53,018 nucleotides of DNA from Octopus bimaculoides (GCF_001194135.2 NC_069003.1:27730202-27783219); one strand, 5' to 3'. Positions 38,437-50,913 are shown, counted from the first letter of the stretch. Numbers and translations are program-made. The notes: a model not told the origin generated them from the sequence alone.

Positions 38437-39372
38437 CTACAATAGGCGCACAGTTTGAAATTTTTGTAGAGAAGCCTAGAAAATTACATCGAGTTGAGTT
38501 CTCAACTGATACTTATTTTATTGATGTCGAAATTATGAAGGGTAAAGCCAACCTCGGCAGGATTTCAACCCGGAACGAAAATGCCGCTAAAATAGACGAA
38601 GTGTGTGCGTTGATGTCATTGCTAAAACCTAACACTTCTCCAAGTTCATTTAATGAGTCAGGCAAGTCTTTTGTGTAGAACAAAAAGAGAATTGGTAAAT
38701 CTGGAGAACCATCAATCAGCGTGTGATGTAGAGAGTTGCTTAGCTCTGGGAATTCTGTGTTTGTAACGCACTTTCGATTTCGTGATTAGCACTTTTGCTT
38801 AATTCCTTTCAAAAGCAACAAAAGCAATTTGTCTAAATAAAAATAACTACTAACTCACGCATATGTGAGTGTGTGTGTTTGTGCATGTATGTGTGTGTGT
38901 ACATATATATACACACGCATACATATACATACATACCTACATATATATATATATATATATTGTTATATTTGGGGGTGGTCATTTTCTTTTTTTCTTTTTT
39001 GTTATCAATAAGCACACGCACTATTCATTTGATCTTCCCTTTAGATTTCTTCAGAGTTCTTTTGTCGCATATTCTATGTGACTTCCTCGGGGACTTTCTG
39101 TTCCTTGTGTTTCTATTCCTCTCTGGACTATCGCGCTGAAAGGGTTACATACCACAAAAAGACAAAGTGGAATAGACAAGTCCAGAGAGGAGCAAAGGCA
39201 CGATGTTCTCTGATAATAACACTAATAATAATGTGACAATCAAATAAATGGTGCGTGTGTTTATTGGCAACTAAAAAAAAAAAAAAAAACAAAGTAATTT
39301 TTCCGAAATATAATAAACTGTTTCACCACATGATTTCACTTCAAGAATCATGCAAAACAATACTACATAAAC

Positions 39373-39408
<36 letters not shown>

Positions 39409-39924
39409 TTTCAGGGTAGCAAAAAAAAATTAGAAAATCTTTTTGCTACCAGTGGTCTAGCGAGAAGAAAAACTAGTCAATAGACTATATATTATTCATA
39501 TAAATACACAGTGTACATTTAAACACATAATAAATGTCCATAAATCTAACCCGCTAGAAGGAGCAGTCAAACTCCAAACCACAAATAAGGATAATTTCCA
39601 AACCACAAATAGGGAGGGAATGAAAAATAAAAACATTTACCATCTATTTCCTGTACCATGGTTTCAAGATATTTTCAGCAAAATAAAATAATTTGCTAGG
39701 CCAGCTATCATCATCAGGAAAGCCAAGATTAACATATAAATACGAGGCAATGCATAGAACATTAGTTTCTGGAAGAAAATCGGCATTTTTTGTATTTGCT
39801 GCCGATAAGAAAACCGCACATGCGCGGTAGATATGAAAAACTATAACATATAAGCACGAGGCAGGTTCTATGTGTTGTCTCGTGTTTATATTTATATTTA
39901 GAGTTGATCTCAACTGAGACTTGA

Positions 39925-40165
39925 TCATCTTTTAATCTTGTAATCTGGATAGAGTAACTGTAGATTTCTCAATAGTTCAGCGTAGGTGTTCTCTTGTTTA
40001 CTCATCTTCAGCTTTCTGTTAACATCCGCTGGGCAGCTAATTTCTACAACTGTACGCATTTTCTCTTCTCTATCTCAAATCATTATCTCAGATCTGTTGT
40101 GCTTGCATTTTATTGAGGTTTTCACTGGGACATTCCACCAGTACTCCTTTTCATTATGAGTGGCC
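39925..40165 (-). mobile_element. RLE endonuclease fragment of a second RLE-type non-LTR family
   Basis: EYWWNVPVKTSIKCKHNRSEIMI*DREEKMRTVVEISCPADVN...ENTYAELLRNLQLLYPDYK, a decayed RPD...E...K type motif. Confidence 0.8.
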
Positions 40166-41035
40166 ATGGCTTCTATCATACTGTGGGTTCTTATTTCTTT
40201 GTCCTAGTGTGTGTGCGCGTGTGCGTTCGTGCTTGCATGCATGCGTGTGTACGTACGTGCGTGTATACTTAAATACGCTCACTTATTTGTTGAGGGGTGA
40301 TGGTTATAATGATGGAGATCTAGAGTAGATTGATTTAAAAAAACAAATTATCCAAACGTATCACATAGTTTTCAATGATTTATCACATGGCTTGATAGCA
40401 TTCTTACAATACTCCCAAAATATGAAATCAAAGTATCTCTACTTGTTACGGTCTGATATCAGAGAAATAAGTTCCTATCTTAACCGACTGATATAAATCA
40501 ATAGAGCGGATGAACAAGATGAAAAAAAAATGTATGAAATCCATTACTATGTCCCCTGTTAACAAACTAAGCTGAAGAGATATAGCTCTGTTTAAAGCGT
40601 TACACAACGATATTGATACGTGCTATTGTCTTTTAGCCGGGAGCTAAATTAGTGAGCTGTTTTGTGACTAACCAATCTGCTATTCACTCAGCATACAAGT
40701 AGCTCTTCTCGCTCTTGTTTTATAGCGTTCAACAAGAAATGGAATCATCGATTATTAGTGTACATTAAAATTTATGGATCTCCCTCGTGTGTAGAATTCT
40801 TAACACACACACAGACACACACACACACACACATACATACATACATACATACATACATACAAAAAAATTATCTTTCTTTCTTTTTGTTTTCGGAATTGCC
40901 TTCGGCAAGAGGTTTCTTTTTATATCATCGAAACCATCACCATCATCGTTATCATCATCATCGTCATCATAATCATCTACTTTCTATTCAACATTTTTTG
41001 TAGAGGATTTACCGGTATTTGATTGCCAGATGTTG

Positions 41036-41343
41036 TTGTGAGTGGATTAGATAGGCGGAAACTAAAAGAAGCCCGTCATATGTGAGTGCGTGTGTCTGTC
41101 CGTCTGTCTGTCTGTGCACATGCGTGTGTGTGTCTTTGTGTCTATGCTGGTCTCCCACCACCGCTTGACAACCGGAGTTGGTTTCTTTATGCCCCCCCAA
41201 CTTAGCGGTTCAGCAATAGATACCAATTGAATAAGTAAGTACCATACTTAAAAGAAGTACTGGAGTTGATTCGTTCGATCGAAAACTCTACAAGGCAGTG
41301 CCGCATCATGGCCACGATCTAATGACATAAACAAGTAAAAGAT
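41036..41343 (+). mobile_element. Old SINE family B copy lacking its head
   Basis: gtgagtggattagataggcggaaactaaaagaagcccgtc...ccgcttgacaaccgg...aacaagtaaaagata. Confidence 0.75.
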
Positions 41344-41380
41344 ATAGTTGACCAATCAGAAAGACACCAATATATATCTA

Positions 41381-41778
41381 CTGCATTTTCGGCGTACAAG
41401 TCGGCATAATATATAGTGTGTTATGTCTCAAGCTACTGCTATCTAGCACCTTCGGATGATTTCTACTCAACCGCTACACGGAAGCTACTCAACAGTCCGT
41501 CCACTGTCAGTCGATTGGCAGTCCACCTGCTACCACGGTCAGACTATCTCTATTTATATGTCTTGGTCGAGCCTACTTCTTCGCTTGGGGGCGTCGACAC
41601 AACATAGTGTGAACATGCAGTGTAAACATTCACACATCGTCACTATTTCTCCAAATTCTACTGCTGTTCACAGGGAAGTTTCGGTCTTCTAAAGTTGTTT
41701 TAGTGTATAAGTCGACCTGCCATTTTGGGGTTGTAAATTTTGGTCCGAAAAATTCGATTCATATGCCGGAAAATACAG
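41381..41778. mobile_element. Tc2/pogo-like MITE, ~398 bp, TA TSD
   Basis: TA-ctgcattttcggcgtacaagtcg ... cgattcatatgccggaaaatacag-TA; subterminal gtataagtcgac. Confidence 0.8.
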
Positions 41779-42529
41779 TAATTCTGTTGGCAAAATTCAC
41801 TACTTTTCCTTCTCTTCCTGTCAGTAATCTTCAACGTGTTGCTACGCCATCATTTGTGAATTCTCGTGATAATATATTAATCTCACTGCCGCAGAGCAAC
41901 ATCAACTGGCTAACATGTACAGTGACATCTCGTTGAAATCAACAACAGCAAAATAGATAAATAAATATATAGATAAATAAATAAATAAATTGCAGAACTA
42001 TCGATTGGCGCTTGTTGGATATTGATACAAAAGGAATATTCAGAGACTGCAGGAAAAAGCTTTAAAAGCGTTACTATTCTTTTCTAGCATATATTTATGC
42101 AAGTTAGCGTTGTGGTCATTAGCGAATATCATCAAAACGAAGAAAAAACATTGCCTATCGTGAGTAGAAGCTGAACTACATATAGTTTTGTCAATTATTC
42201 CATCAACTGCGACTCTATAAAATTTGTAAATCGCATCGAAGTCAGCTGTCTCGTTAGTTTAGCAACAAACATTTAATGTATGCTTGTCTCGTTTTTGCTT
42301 TTTTTTTTTTTTTTAAAAAAAAAAGGAAAGGAAAACGGAATTGCTTATTTATAACGCTCTGTGCTAAAATCATTTAGCCCTAAACTGAAATGTTACTGCA
42401 GGCATGGTGCACATATTTTTGTCTTTTATCTCTTGCTTGTTTCAGTCATTGGACTGCAGTCATGCTGGACCCCCACCTTGAAGAATTTTTTTTAGCCGAA
42501 TGAATCAACACCAGAACTCATTTTTAAAA

Positions 42530-42956
42530 TCTTGACTCAGGGCAGCATTACTTCCTCCAGGCACATGATGTTGGCCTCCGTGTTGAGTCTGAGTCTGTGT
42601 GGGAAGATGAATGGATGCATAACGTCGTCATCACTCGTGATCACTCCAAACACCATTATGTTGACTGGTTATATGATTTTTATCACTCTCGGAACATGTC
42701 CTCAGAGTGCACTGTCCTCAGATTGACACCCGAACACTCTGACATGTTTGTATTGGAGCTTCCGGCGTGAATACCAAGCAGTACATCATATCGTTTCCAA
42801 ATTTCTGGCAGAGTGAATTGCGTCATGGTATTGTTTTTCTCACAGACGGTGCCCAGCTAACCCTACTATACTGTGTAGTCGACAAAATCAAAAACAAACA
42901 ATGCGCATGTGCGAAATTGAAAATATAGATGGCGACAATTTATCCATCGCACCTTG
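42530..42956 (-). mobile_element. maT/DD37D-type Tc1-mariner element: 5' TIR and internally deleted transposase
   Basis: TIR caaggtgcgatggataaattgtcgccat after TA; MTQFTLPEIWKRYDVLLGIHAGSSNTNMSECSGVNLRTV joined to PVNIMVFGVITSDDDVMHPFIFPHRLRLNTE...LEEVMLP*VK. Confidence 0.75.
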
Positions 42957-43891
42957 TATATTCTTTTATCCTTTTACTTGTTTCAGTCATTTGTCTGTGG
43001 TCATGTTGGAGCACCGCCTTTAGTCGAACAAATCGAACCCAAAATTTATTCTTTGTAAGCCTAGTACTTATTCTATCGGTATCTGACAAGAGGACAGTTG
43101 CAGAAAACATGTTTTGCCTCAATAGACATTATCAGCGCAGCAGTTGTTGAAACTTGATTCCAGCCACGATAGAATTCTGCAGTTCCCTTGCATCATATTT
43201 CACCTGCAGCGTATAATTCAGTCCGAGGCTTACAGCAGAAGACACCTGTGCTAGATGCCGCGCAGCTGGATTCAACCGGTAACGACATAGCTACGAACTT
43301 AGCTAAATAATTACGCAGCTATACTGTTGGCAAGTAAGAAAAGTAAAGTATAACACGAATAGAACTACCAGAAACCTGTAGGGAACATTATTTAAAAGAA
43401 TCCAAATGCTCTGATAGGCTTATTTCTATCATACACAGTTTAACAGTCGCTGGTAGTTGTTGCTGGACTGTATATATACTAAGTCTACAATGCATTACTG
43501 ACATTCATTGAACTGTAAGACTTAGTATGGCTATTATGCACTATTAAGTCACCAGCTCTATGGATATACTACATTCGCTACACGGCTTTTTCAAATACTG
43601 TCAATAGGCATAACTATGTCTACTCTTCTATATAAAATAGACAACAAATCTATAGACATACTGCGTCAACAATTCCGGTGACATTAAACATTGTATTTAT
43701 AAGGCTTGGAGGATTGTATGTGAGGATTGTATTCGACTTGTGGAGGAATAGTCACGTTGGTTTATTAGTAGTAGCATCCATTGTGTACATATATAAGTAT
43801 ATATTTGGTAGATACATATATATGTATGTGTTTGTGTGTACGTGAGGGATGTGAGGATAATTACACATACACACGTATGTATGTATGTATG

Positions 43892-43922
<31 letters not shown>

Positions 43923-45381
43923 NNNNNNNNNNNNNNNNNNNNNNNNNNNNNNNNNNNNNNNNNNNNNNNNNNNNNNNNNNNNNNNNNNNNNNNNNNNNNN
44001 NNNNNNNNNNNNNNNNNNNNNNNNNNNNNNNNNNNNNNNNNNNNNNNNNNNNNNNNNNNNNNNNNNNNNNNNNNNNNNNNNNNNNNNNNNNNNNNNNNNN
44101 NNNNNNNNNNNNNNNNNNNNNNNNNNNNNNNNNNNNNNNNNNNNNNNNNNNNNNNNNNNNNNNNNNNNNNNNNNNNNNNNNNNNNNNNNNNNNNNNNNNN
44201 NNNNNNNNNNNNNNNNNNNNNNNNNNNNNNNNNNNNNNNNNNNNNNNNNNNNNNNNNNNNNNNNNNNNNNNNNNNNNNNNNNNNNNNNNNNNNNNNNNNN
44301 NNNNNNNNNNNNNNNNNNNNNNNNNNNNNNNNNNNNNNNNNNNNNNNNNNNNNNNNNNNNNNNNNNNNNNNNNNNNNNNNNNNNNNNNNNNNNNNNNNNN
44401 NNNNNNNNNNNNNNNNNNNNNNNNNNNNNNNNNNNNNNNNNNNNNNNNNNNNNNNNNNNNNNNNNNNNNNNNNNNNNNNNNNNNNNNNNNNNNNNNNNNN
44501 NNNNNNNNNNNNNNNNNNNNNNNNNNNNNNNNNTATATATATATATATCAGTCCACAGTGTGGTGCTATCACTTGTTGAATAAATACATGTGTGCAACAA
44601 GTTGAATTGTGACTGATTTGTGATTGGTTATTTGGCTGATGATAGTAGGGTGGGGTGTCAGAAGACAGACCGAGAGAGAGAGAGAGAGAGAGATGGGAAG
44701 CTGAGACAGAGAGAAAGTGATAGAAAGCTTGTGTGCGTGTGTTTGTGTGTGTGTGACTTACATGAAATGGAAGACAGGAAAAAGAAATTGTGTGCGCTTC
44801 TGCGAGAGGGAGAGAGAGAGACGCAGAAAGATAGATAGATAAATAGAGGAACGAGTTATTTTTAAGCGGTTAAACAGAGCGAGAGAGAGAGGAAAGAGAT
44901 CGAAGGAAGAAGAAAGAGTGGAGGGAATGAGATAGAATGGACGTGGGAATGAAAGAAACGACGAAAGAATAAAGCATCGGAGAGACAGTGAAATGAGAAG
45001 AAAAAGAAAAACAACAGCAACGACGTCGACGATGACGACGATGTTCACGACAGCAATGACGATGACAAATACAAAATGGAGAGAAAAGGATAGGAAAATA
45101 GATGATTGGATCTTTGAACGGGTGACTTAACACAGCAGTCAATGGCTGAGCGCTTGGATGGATGGATGGATTACTCAGGAGAGTAGGAGAGCGAGTGGGA
45201 AATTTGTGGAGCGTCTGTATAGAAATATAACCATTATGTGGTCATCTTATCGGTTTTATTGATGAATCTGCCAAGGTTTGTGATAGAAGACTGCGAGAAA
45301 TTGGAGATAATAGCACACTGGAAGTAACAGTTGCGAGTTTGATTCCAGCAAGGGTTTCTTTCTTGAATAACCCTTTATATC

Positions 45382-45801
45382 GGTTTCAAATTTTGGTACA
45401 AGCCCAGCAATTTCGGCGAAGCAGGTAAGTCGATTACGTCGACCCTAGTTCCTCAACTGGTACTTAATTTATCGAGACCGAAAGGATGAAAGGCAAAGTC
45501 GACCTCGGCGGAATTTGAACTCAGAACGCGAAGACAGACGAAATACCGCTAAGCATTTCGCCCGGCGTGCTAACGTTTCTTATTTCTTTATTGCCCACAA
45601 GGGGATAAACATAGAGGGGACAAACAAGGACAGACAAAAGGATTAAATCGATTACATCGACCCCAGTGCGTAACTGGTACTTAATTTATCGACCCCGAAA
45701 CGATGAAAGGTAAAGTCGACCTCGGCGGAATTTGAACTCAGAACGTAAAAACAGACGAAATACCGCTCGGCGTGCTAACGATTCTGCCAGCTTACCGCTT
45801 T
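45382..45801 (-). mobile_element. Two tandem family A SINEs with different 3' tails
   Basis: Near-identical bodies; one tail is ...gcttgtaccaaaatttgaaacc, the other ...ccttgtttgtccccctctatgtttatccccttgtgggcaataaagaaataag. Confidence 0.9.
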
Positions 45802-46039
45802 TGAATAATCCTTAATATCCGTGACGAAGCGTGGGGTGTGCGAGGTGTACGGACTGCAAATTGTGACCACTTTTATACACGTGCGTTTACTCTACTTCAG
45901 AGTTTCTCAACCATTTTTCTACCCATAGACATCTTTCATTTCCATTTTACTCGGGTGGATCCTCATAGCCATTCGATGTTTAAAAGAAACCTTATTTTAT
46001 ATTCATAATTAAATGTATTCTAGGTTATCAGACAAAGAG

Positions 46040-46690
46040 TGTTGCTCAAGGAGCTGCCTTCCAAATTTATGATGTTATCAGATTCATGTATGCAAACTTG
46101 GTCAACGGATGCACTTCGACACTTGTTGGCTAAAAGATGTTGCCGAAGCGATATGATGCGACATTCAAAGGCATTTTGGATCGATGTTAAGCCTTTGCCA
46201 CCCTGTTTTCTCTTTAGGTAGGGGCAGTCTACGTCACTGCTTATGTGGAAATTATGTGTTTGTTAGTATTTTTCGGGTTTTTGCATCAATGGCTCGGATT
46301 TCATCAAGCGTCCAATCAAGCAGCCCAAATGTTGGCATGAGTACTGACACAACAAACACATTGTGGGTCACTGTTTCATTGAATGCAGAGAGTTCTGGGG
46401 TCCAAATTTTCTTTATTCGGCTGTAATATTCTTTAGTGACAAGTGTTTTGTTACAGGTGCCATTGTAAGATATATTTTCATCCACCCCTAGATAACTGTA
46501 ACATTCCTCGTCAGATACAGGGAAAGCAGTCAAATGTTGCTACTCTGGTTTATAGTTTTCCCCCTTTTCACAGCCATATAACATTTATCCTGACCAAGCT
46601 CCAACCCTACATCCTTTGAGAATGTTGTAACTAGGCCAAGGCTTTGCATAAAGTTTTAAGTCATCCACAAAGAAACAGTGCGTGATTTTC
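46040..46690 (-). mobile_element. R4/Dong-like RT fragment, same family as 1310-2030
   Basis: THCFFVDDLKLYAK; ORF 46252-46533 YSYLGVDENISYNGTCNK...IWTPELSAFN...KTRKILT; then YLKRKQGGKGL. Confidence 0.9.
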
Positions 46691-47624
46691 GTATTTCTGT
46701 TTCCACCACCATCATCACCACAACCACCGCCACCACCACAACCACCGCCGCCGCCACCACCACCGCCGCCGCCACCATCACCACTACCACTACTACCAAT
46801 GTCACGACACATCACCNNNNNNNNNNNNNNNNNNNNNNNNNNNNNNNNNNNNNNNNNNNNNNNNNNNNNNNNNNNNNNNNNNNNNNNNNNNNNNNNNNNN
46901 NNNNNNNNNNNNNNNNNNNNNNNNNNNNNNNNNNNNNNNNNNNNNNNNNNNNNNNNNNNNNNNNNNNNNNNNNNNNNNNNNNNNNNNNNNNNNNNNNNNN
47001 NNNNNNNNNNNNNNNNNNNNNNNNNNNNNNNNNNNNNNNNNNNNNNNNNNNNNNNNNNNNNNNNNNNNNNNNNNNNNNNNNNNNNNNNNNNNNNNNNNNN
47101 NNNNNNNNNNNNNNNNNNNNNNNNNNNNNNNNNNNNNNNNNNNNNNNNNNNNNNNNNNNNNNNNNNNNNNNNNNNNNNNNNNNNNNNNNNNNNNNNNNNN
47201 NNNNNNNNNNNNNNNNNNNNNNNNNNNNNNNNNNNNNNNNNNNNNNNNNNNNNNNNNNNNNNNNNNNNNNNNNNNNNNNNNNNNNNNNNNNNNNNNNNNN
47301 NNNNNNNNNNNNNNNNNNNNNNNNNNNNNNNNNNNNNNNNNNNNNNNNNNNNNNNNNNNNNNNNNNNNNNNNNNNNNNNNNNNNNNNNNNNNNNNNNNNN
47401 NNNNNNNNNNNNNNNNNNNNNNNNNNNNNNNNNNNNNNNNNNNNNNNNNNNNNNNNNNNNNNNNNNNNNNNNNNNNNNNNNNNNNNNNNNNNNNNNNNNN
47501 NNNNNNNNNNNNNNNTAACCACTGGACCATTGCGCCTCCACTCAACAAAACAATAACAACTACATCAAAAAGCAAATACCTCACTAACAACAAACTCAAC
47601 AGTACAGCAACAGCATTAACAACT

Positions 47625-48002
47625 GGCATTCTGTCAATTACGGCGACGCGGGTTCCAGTCGATCCAATCAACGGAACAGCCTGCTCGTAAAATTAACGTG
47701 CAAGTGGCTGAGAACTCCACAGACACGTGTACCCTTAACGTTAGTCTTGGGTATATTCAGCGTGACACAGTGTGACAAAGCTGACCCTTTTGAATTACAG
47801 GCACAACAGAAACAGGAAGAAAGAGTGAGAGAAAGTTGTGGTGAAAGAGTACAGCAGGGTTCGCCACCATCCCCTGCCGGAGCTTCGTGGAGCTTTAGGT
47901 GTTTTCGCTCAATAAACACTCACAACGCCCGGTCTGGGAATCGAAACCGCGATCCTATGACCGCGAGTGCGCTGCCCTAACCACTGGACCATTGCGCCTC
48001 CA
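47625..48002 (-). mobile_element. SINE family C, full length, inside a 462-bp duplicated unit
   Basis: Tail to head visible; 47516-47686 is repeated at 47978-48147. Confidence 0.85.
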
Positions 48003-48104
48003 CTCAACAAAACAATAACAACTACATCAAAAAGCAAATACCTCACTAACAACAAACTCAACAGTACAGCAACAGCATTAACAACTGGCATTCTGTCAAT
48101 TACG

Positions 48105-48410
48105 GCGACGCGGGTTCCAGTCGATCCAATCAACGGAACAGCCTGCTTGCGAAATTAACGTACGAGTGGCTGAGCACTCCACAAACACGTGTACTCTTAG
48201 TGTGGTTCTCGGGAAGATTCAACGTGATACAGAATGTGGTAAAGACTGGCCCCTTTCAATTACATGTACAATTCATTTTTGCTAGCCGAGTGGACTGGAG
48301 CAACGTGAAATAAAGAGTCTTGCTCAAGGACACAACGAGTCGCCGGGAATCGAACTCACGACCTTACAATTGTGAGCCGAATATTTTAACCACGAAGCCA
48401 TCCGCCTTTA
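48105..48410 (-). mobile_element. SINE family D
   Basis: gggaatcgaactcacgacc B-box (reverse), cttgctcaaggacacaac CORE-like block, C/D-type tail. Confidence 0.8.
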
Positions 48411-48766
48411 ATGTTAACAACAGCATCAACAACTACGATAATAAAGCCAATAACATGAACGTCGACAGCAACAACGTTCGCTTTAATAGTTTGCCAGACG
48501 TTGAGCAGGGGTTCTCAAGCATTTCTTGCCAATGGACCCCTTTGATTACTATTCTATTCCGGTGGGTTCCCCATAGTTATTTGATGCTTAAAAACTATTT
48601 TTATAGAAGCTTTTTTTCAAAATTCCTATTTTGTTTTTCACATATTAGCTCCTGTATGTTCAGTCCCACAGCGTGGTATCTTGGGCAAGTGTCTTCTCTA
48701 ATAGTTTCGGGCCGACCAAAACCTTGTGAGTGCATTTGGTATACAGAAACTGAAAGAAGCCCGTCG

Positions 48767-48794
<28 letters not shown>

Positions 48795-48797
<3 letters not shown>

Positions 48798-48985
48798 GAA
48801 ATTTATAGTTGAAAAGCAAAAGACAAAGACAGGTGTATAAACAACAAACAGATGTATTAGTTTGACGCTCGGGAAGGTGAGAAAGTCTTTTACGTTTCGA
48901 GCCTACGCTCTTCAACAGAAAGGAACACGATGAAATAAACAGCGAGAATAAGAACAAAAACTTTTGGAGCTAGCAATCATGGCGG

Positions 48986-48988
<3 letters not shown>
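48795..48988 (-). mobile_element. 194-bp element carrying a minimal hammerhead motif (48887-48922), inserted in the (TA)n of a family B SINE
   Basis: Minus strand CTTT-CTGTTGA-A-GAGC-GTAG-GCTC-GAAA-CG-TA-AAAG; (TA)n on both sides; SINE B head upstream (to ~48766) and its continuation downstream (~49020). Confidence 0.7.
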
Positions 48989-49020
<32 letters not shown>

Positions 49021-49416
49021 GTCTCTCCACCCACCATCGCTTAACAACCGATGTTGGTGTTCTTACGTCCCCGTTACTCACCAGAAGACATTTACCCAAA
49101 GTGCCACGCAGTGGGACTGAACCAGGAACCATGTGATTAAGAAGCAAGCTTGATGCCGCACAGCTACATCTACGGCTATATATGGACATTCCTACATACA
49201 TCTATTACACTTATTATGCCATCGAAATGGGAGACATCTTGACAAGAAAAAAACTTGATGTTTTATTGATTCATGAGTTCAAATCCCAATGGTATTGATT
49301 TCCTCCCCCCCCCCCATCTCAGGCCAATGTGAACAGAAATACTCATGTCCATCTACATTTAAAGTACACTTCCACAAATATCGATCCATCACCTATAGAC
49401 ACATTTCACAAGCGAA

Positions 49417-49448
<32 letters not shown>

Positions 49449-49550
49449 GTGTATATATATATACATACATATATATATATATAAATATATATATATAATA
49501 TGTGTATGAATAATACATATCTATATATGCTTATATACATGCATATGTTT

Positions 49551-49592
<42 letters not shown>

Positions 49593-49724
49593 GTGTATGT
49601 ATATGTGTGTATGTACGTGCAGTACTATACTCTTTGATGTCCACTTCTAGATAAAAGACGACAGGTAATTTGCCTATCGCTGAGGTGTGGGATCGAGGAT
49701 GGGGGCTGTGTAATATATTAAAAC

Positions 49725-49947
49725 AAGGCGGCGAAGTGGGAGAATCGTTAGCACGCCGGGTGAAATACTTAGCGGCATTTCGTCTGTCTTCGTGTTCTGA
49801 GTTCAAATTCTGCTGTGGTCCACTTTGCCTTTCATACTTACGAGGTCGATAAAATAAGTGCTAGTTGAACACTTGGGTCGATCTAATCGATTTATTCGTC
49901 ACCCAAATGTCAGGCCTTGTGTCTTCAGTAGAAAGGATTATTATTGT
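49725..49947 (+). mobile_element. SINE family A, full length, ending in an ATT tail
   Basis: aaggcggcgaagtgggagaatcgttagcacgccggg...gtagaaaggattattattg. Confidence 0.9.
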
Positions 49948-50665
49948 TGTTATTTTCATATACACACAACAGATTAGACTATTGGAAAAGAAAAAAAATC
50001 CTAACGTCAGGCTGCAACAAATAACCTTAGATGCCAAAAACCCTCAAAAGTATCCTAGCTGTCCCTAATAACTCTGTTTTCTGGAGCTGTACTAAACTGG
50101 GTTTTATGCCTATTTCCTCTATTATTATTATTATTATTATTATTAAATCCGGTGAATGGTGGTGTAAACATCACCAATTCCAGTAACTAACTGAACAAAA
50201 GATCGAAATTTTGTTCGAAATGCTAGCACTTCTTCAAATATTTCTGATTTTAGAAACCTAAGCCAACCGCAGACTGATTTATTGTATGTTCTTTATGTAT
50301 TCCATAATTTGACGAGTGTCATACCTGTTATTCCAATAGCAGCATTGCTCATTGTTAAAATCGAACGATCCCTTCATATGATATGTCTTGACTTTTTTAC
50401 GAGCTCTACATCGTTGCTTGACTTGCTATACAGAGTAGCTAACTCTCCCTCAAATCACAGTTTGCTGTCTAAGAAAAGAAATAATGCATTGGATATCTTT
50501 GTTAGAAAGCCAGTAACTTTGATGGGATGGGAGGGGGAAAATCAGCTACATCGACCCCGGTTCTTGACTGCTTCTTTATTTTATCGACCCTTGAGGGATG
50601 AAAGACGAAGCTGACACTAGCTAGATATAGATACCGTAAATCTAATAAAATACAGAAAGTTTAAG

Positions 50666-50913
50666 AAAGCGGCGAGCTGGCAGAATGGTTAGCACGCCGG
50701 GCGAAATGCTTAGCGGTATTTCATCTGTCTTTATGTTCTGAGTTCAAATTTTGCCGAGGTCGACTTCGCCTTTCGTCCTTCAGGAACAATAAAACAAGTA
50801 CCAGTTGAGCACTGGCGACGACGTAATCGACTTAACTACTCCTGGAAATAAAATAAGTACCAGTTGAGCACTGGCGACGACGTAATCGACTTAACTACTC
50901 GTGGAAATAAGTA
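50666..50913 (+). mobile_element. SINE family A with a 59-bp internal tandem duplication
   Basis: aagtaccagttgagcactggcgacgacgtaatcgacttaactactc at 50796 and 50855. Confidence 0.9.

Noticed and set aside
40896-40908. Terminator-like hairpin ttgcc-ttc-ggcaa
   Set aside because: Five-bp stem is expected by chance, and intrinsic terminators are not relevant in this eukaryotic context
46678-46816. Poly-Pro, poly-Gly and poly-Thr ORFs
   Set aside because: (CCA/CCG)n trinucleotide tract extended through an N-gap
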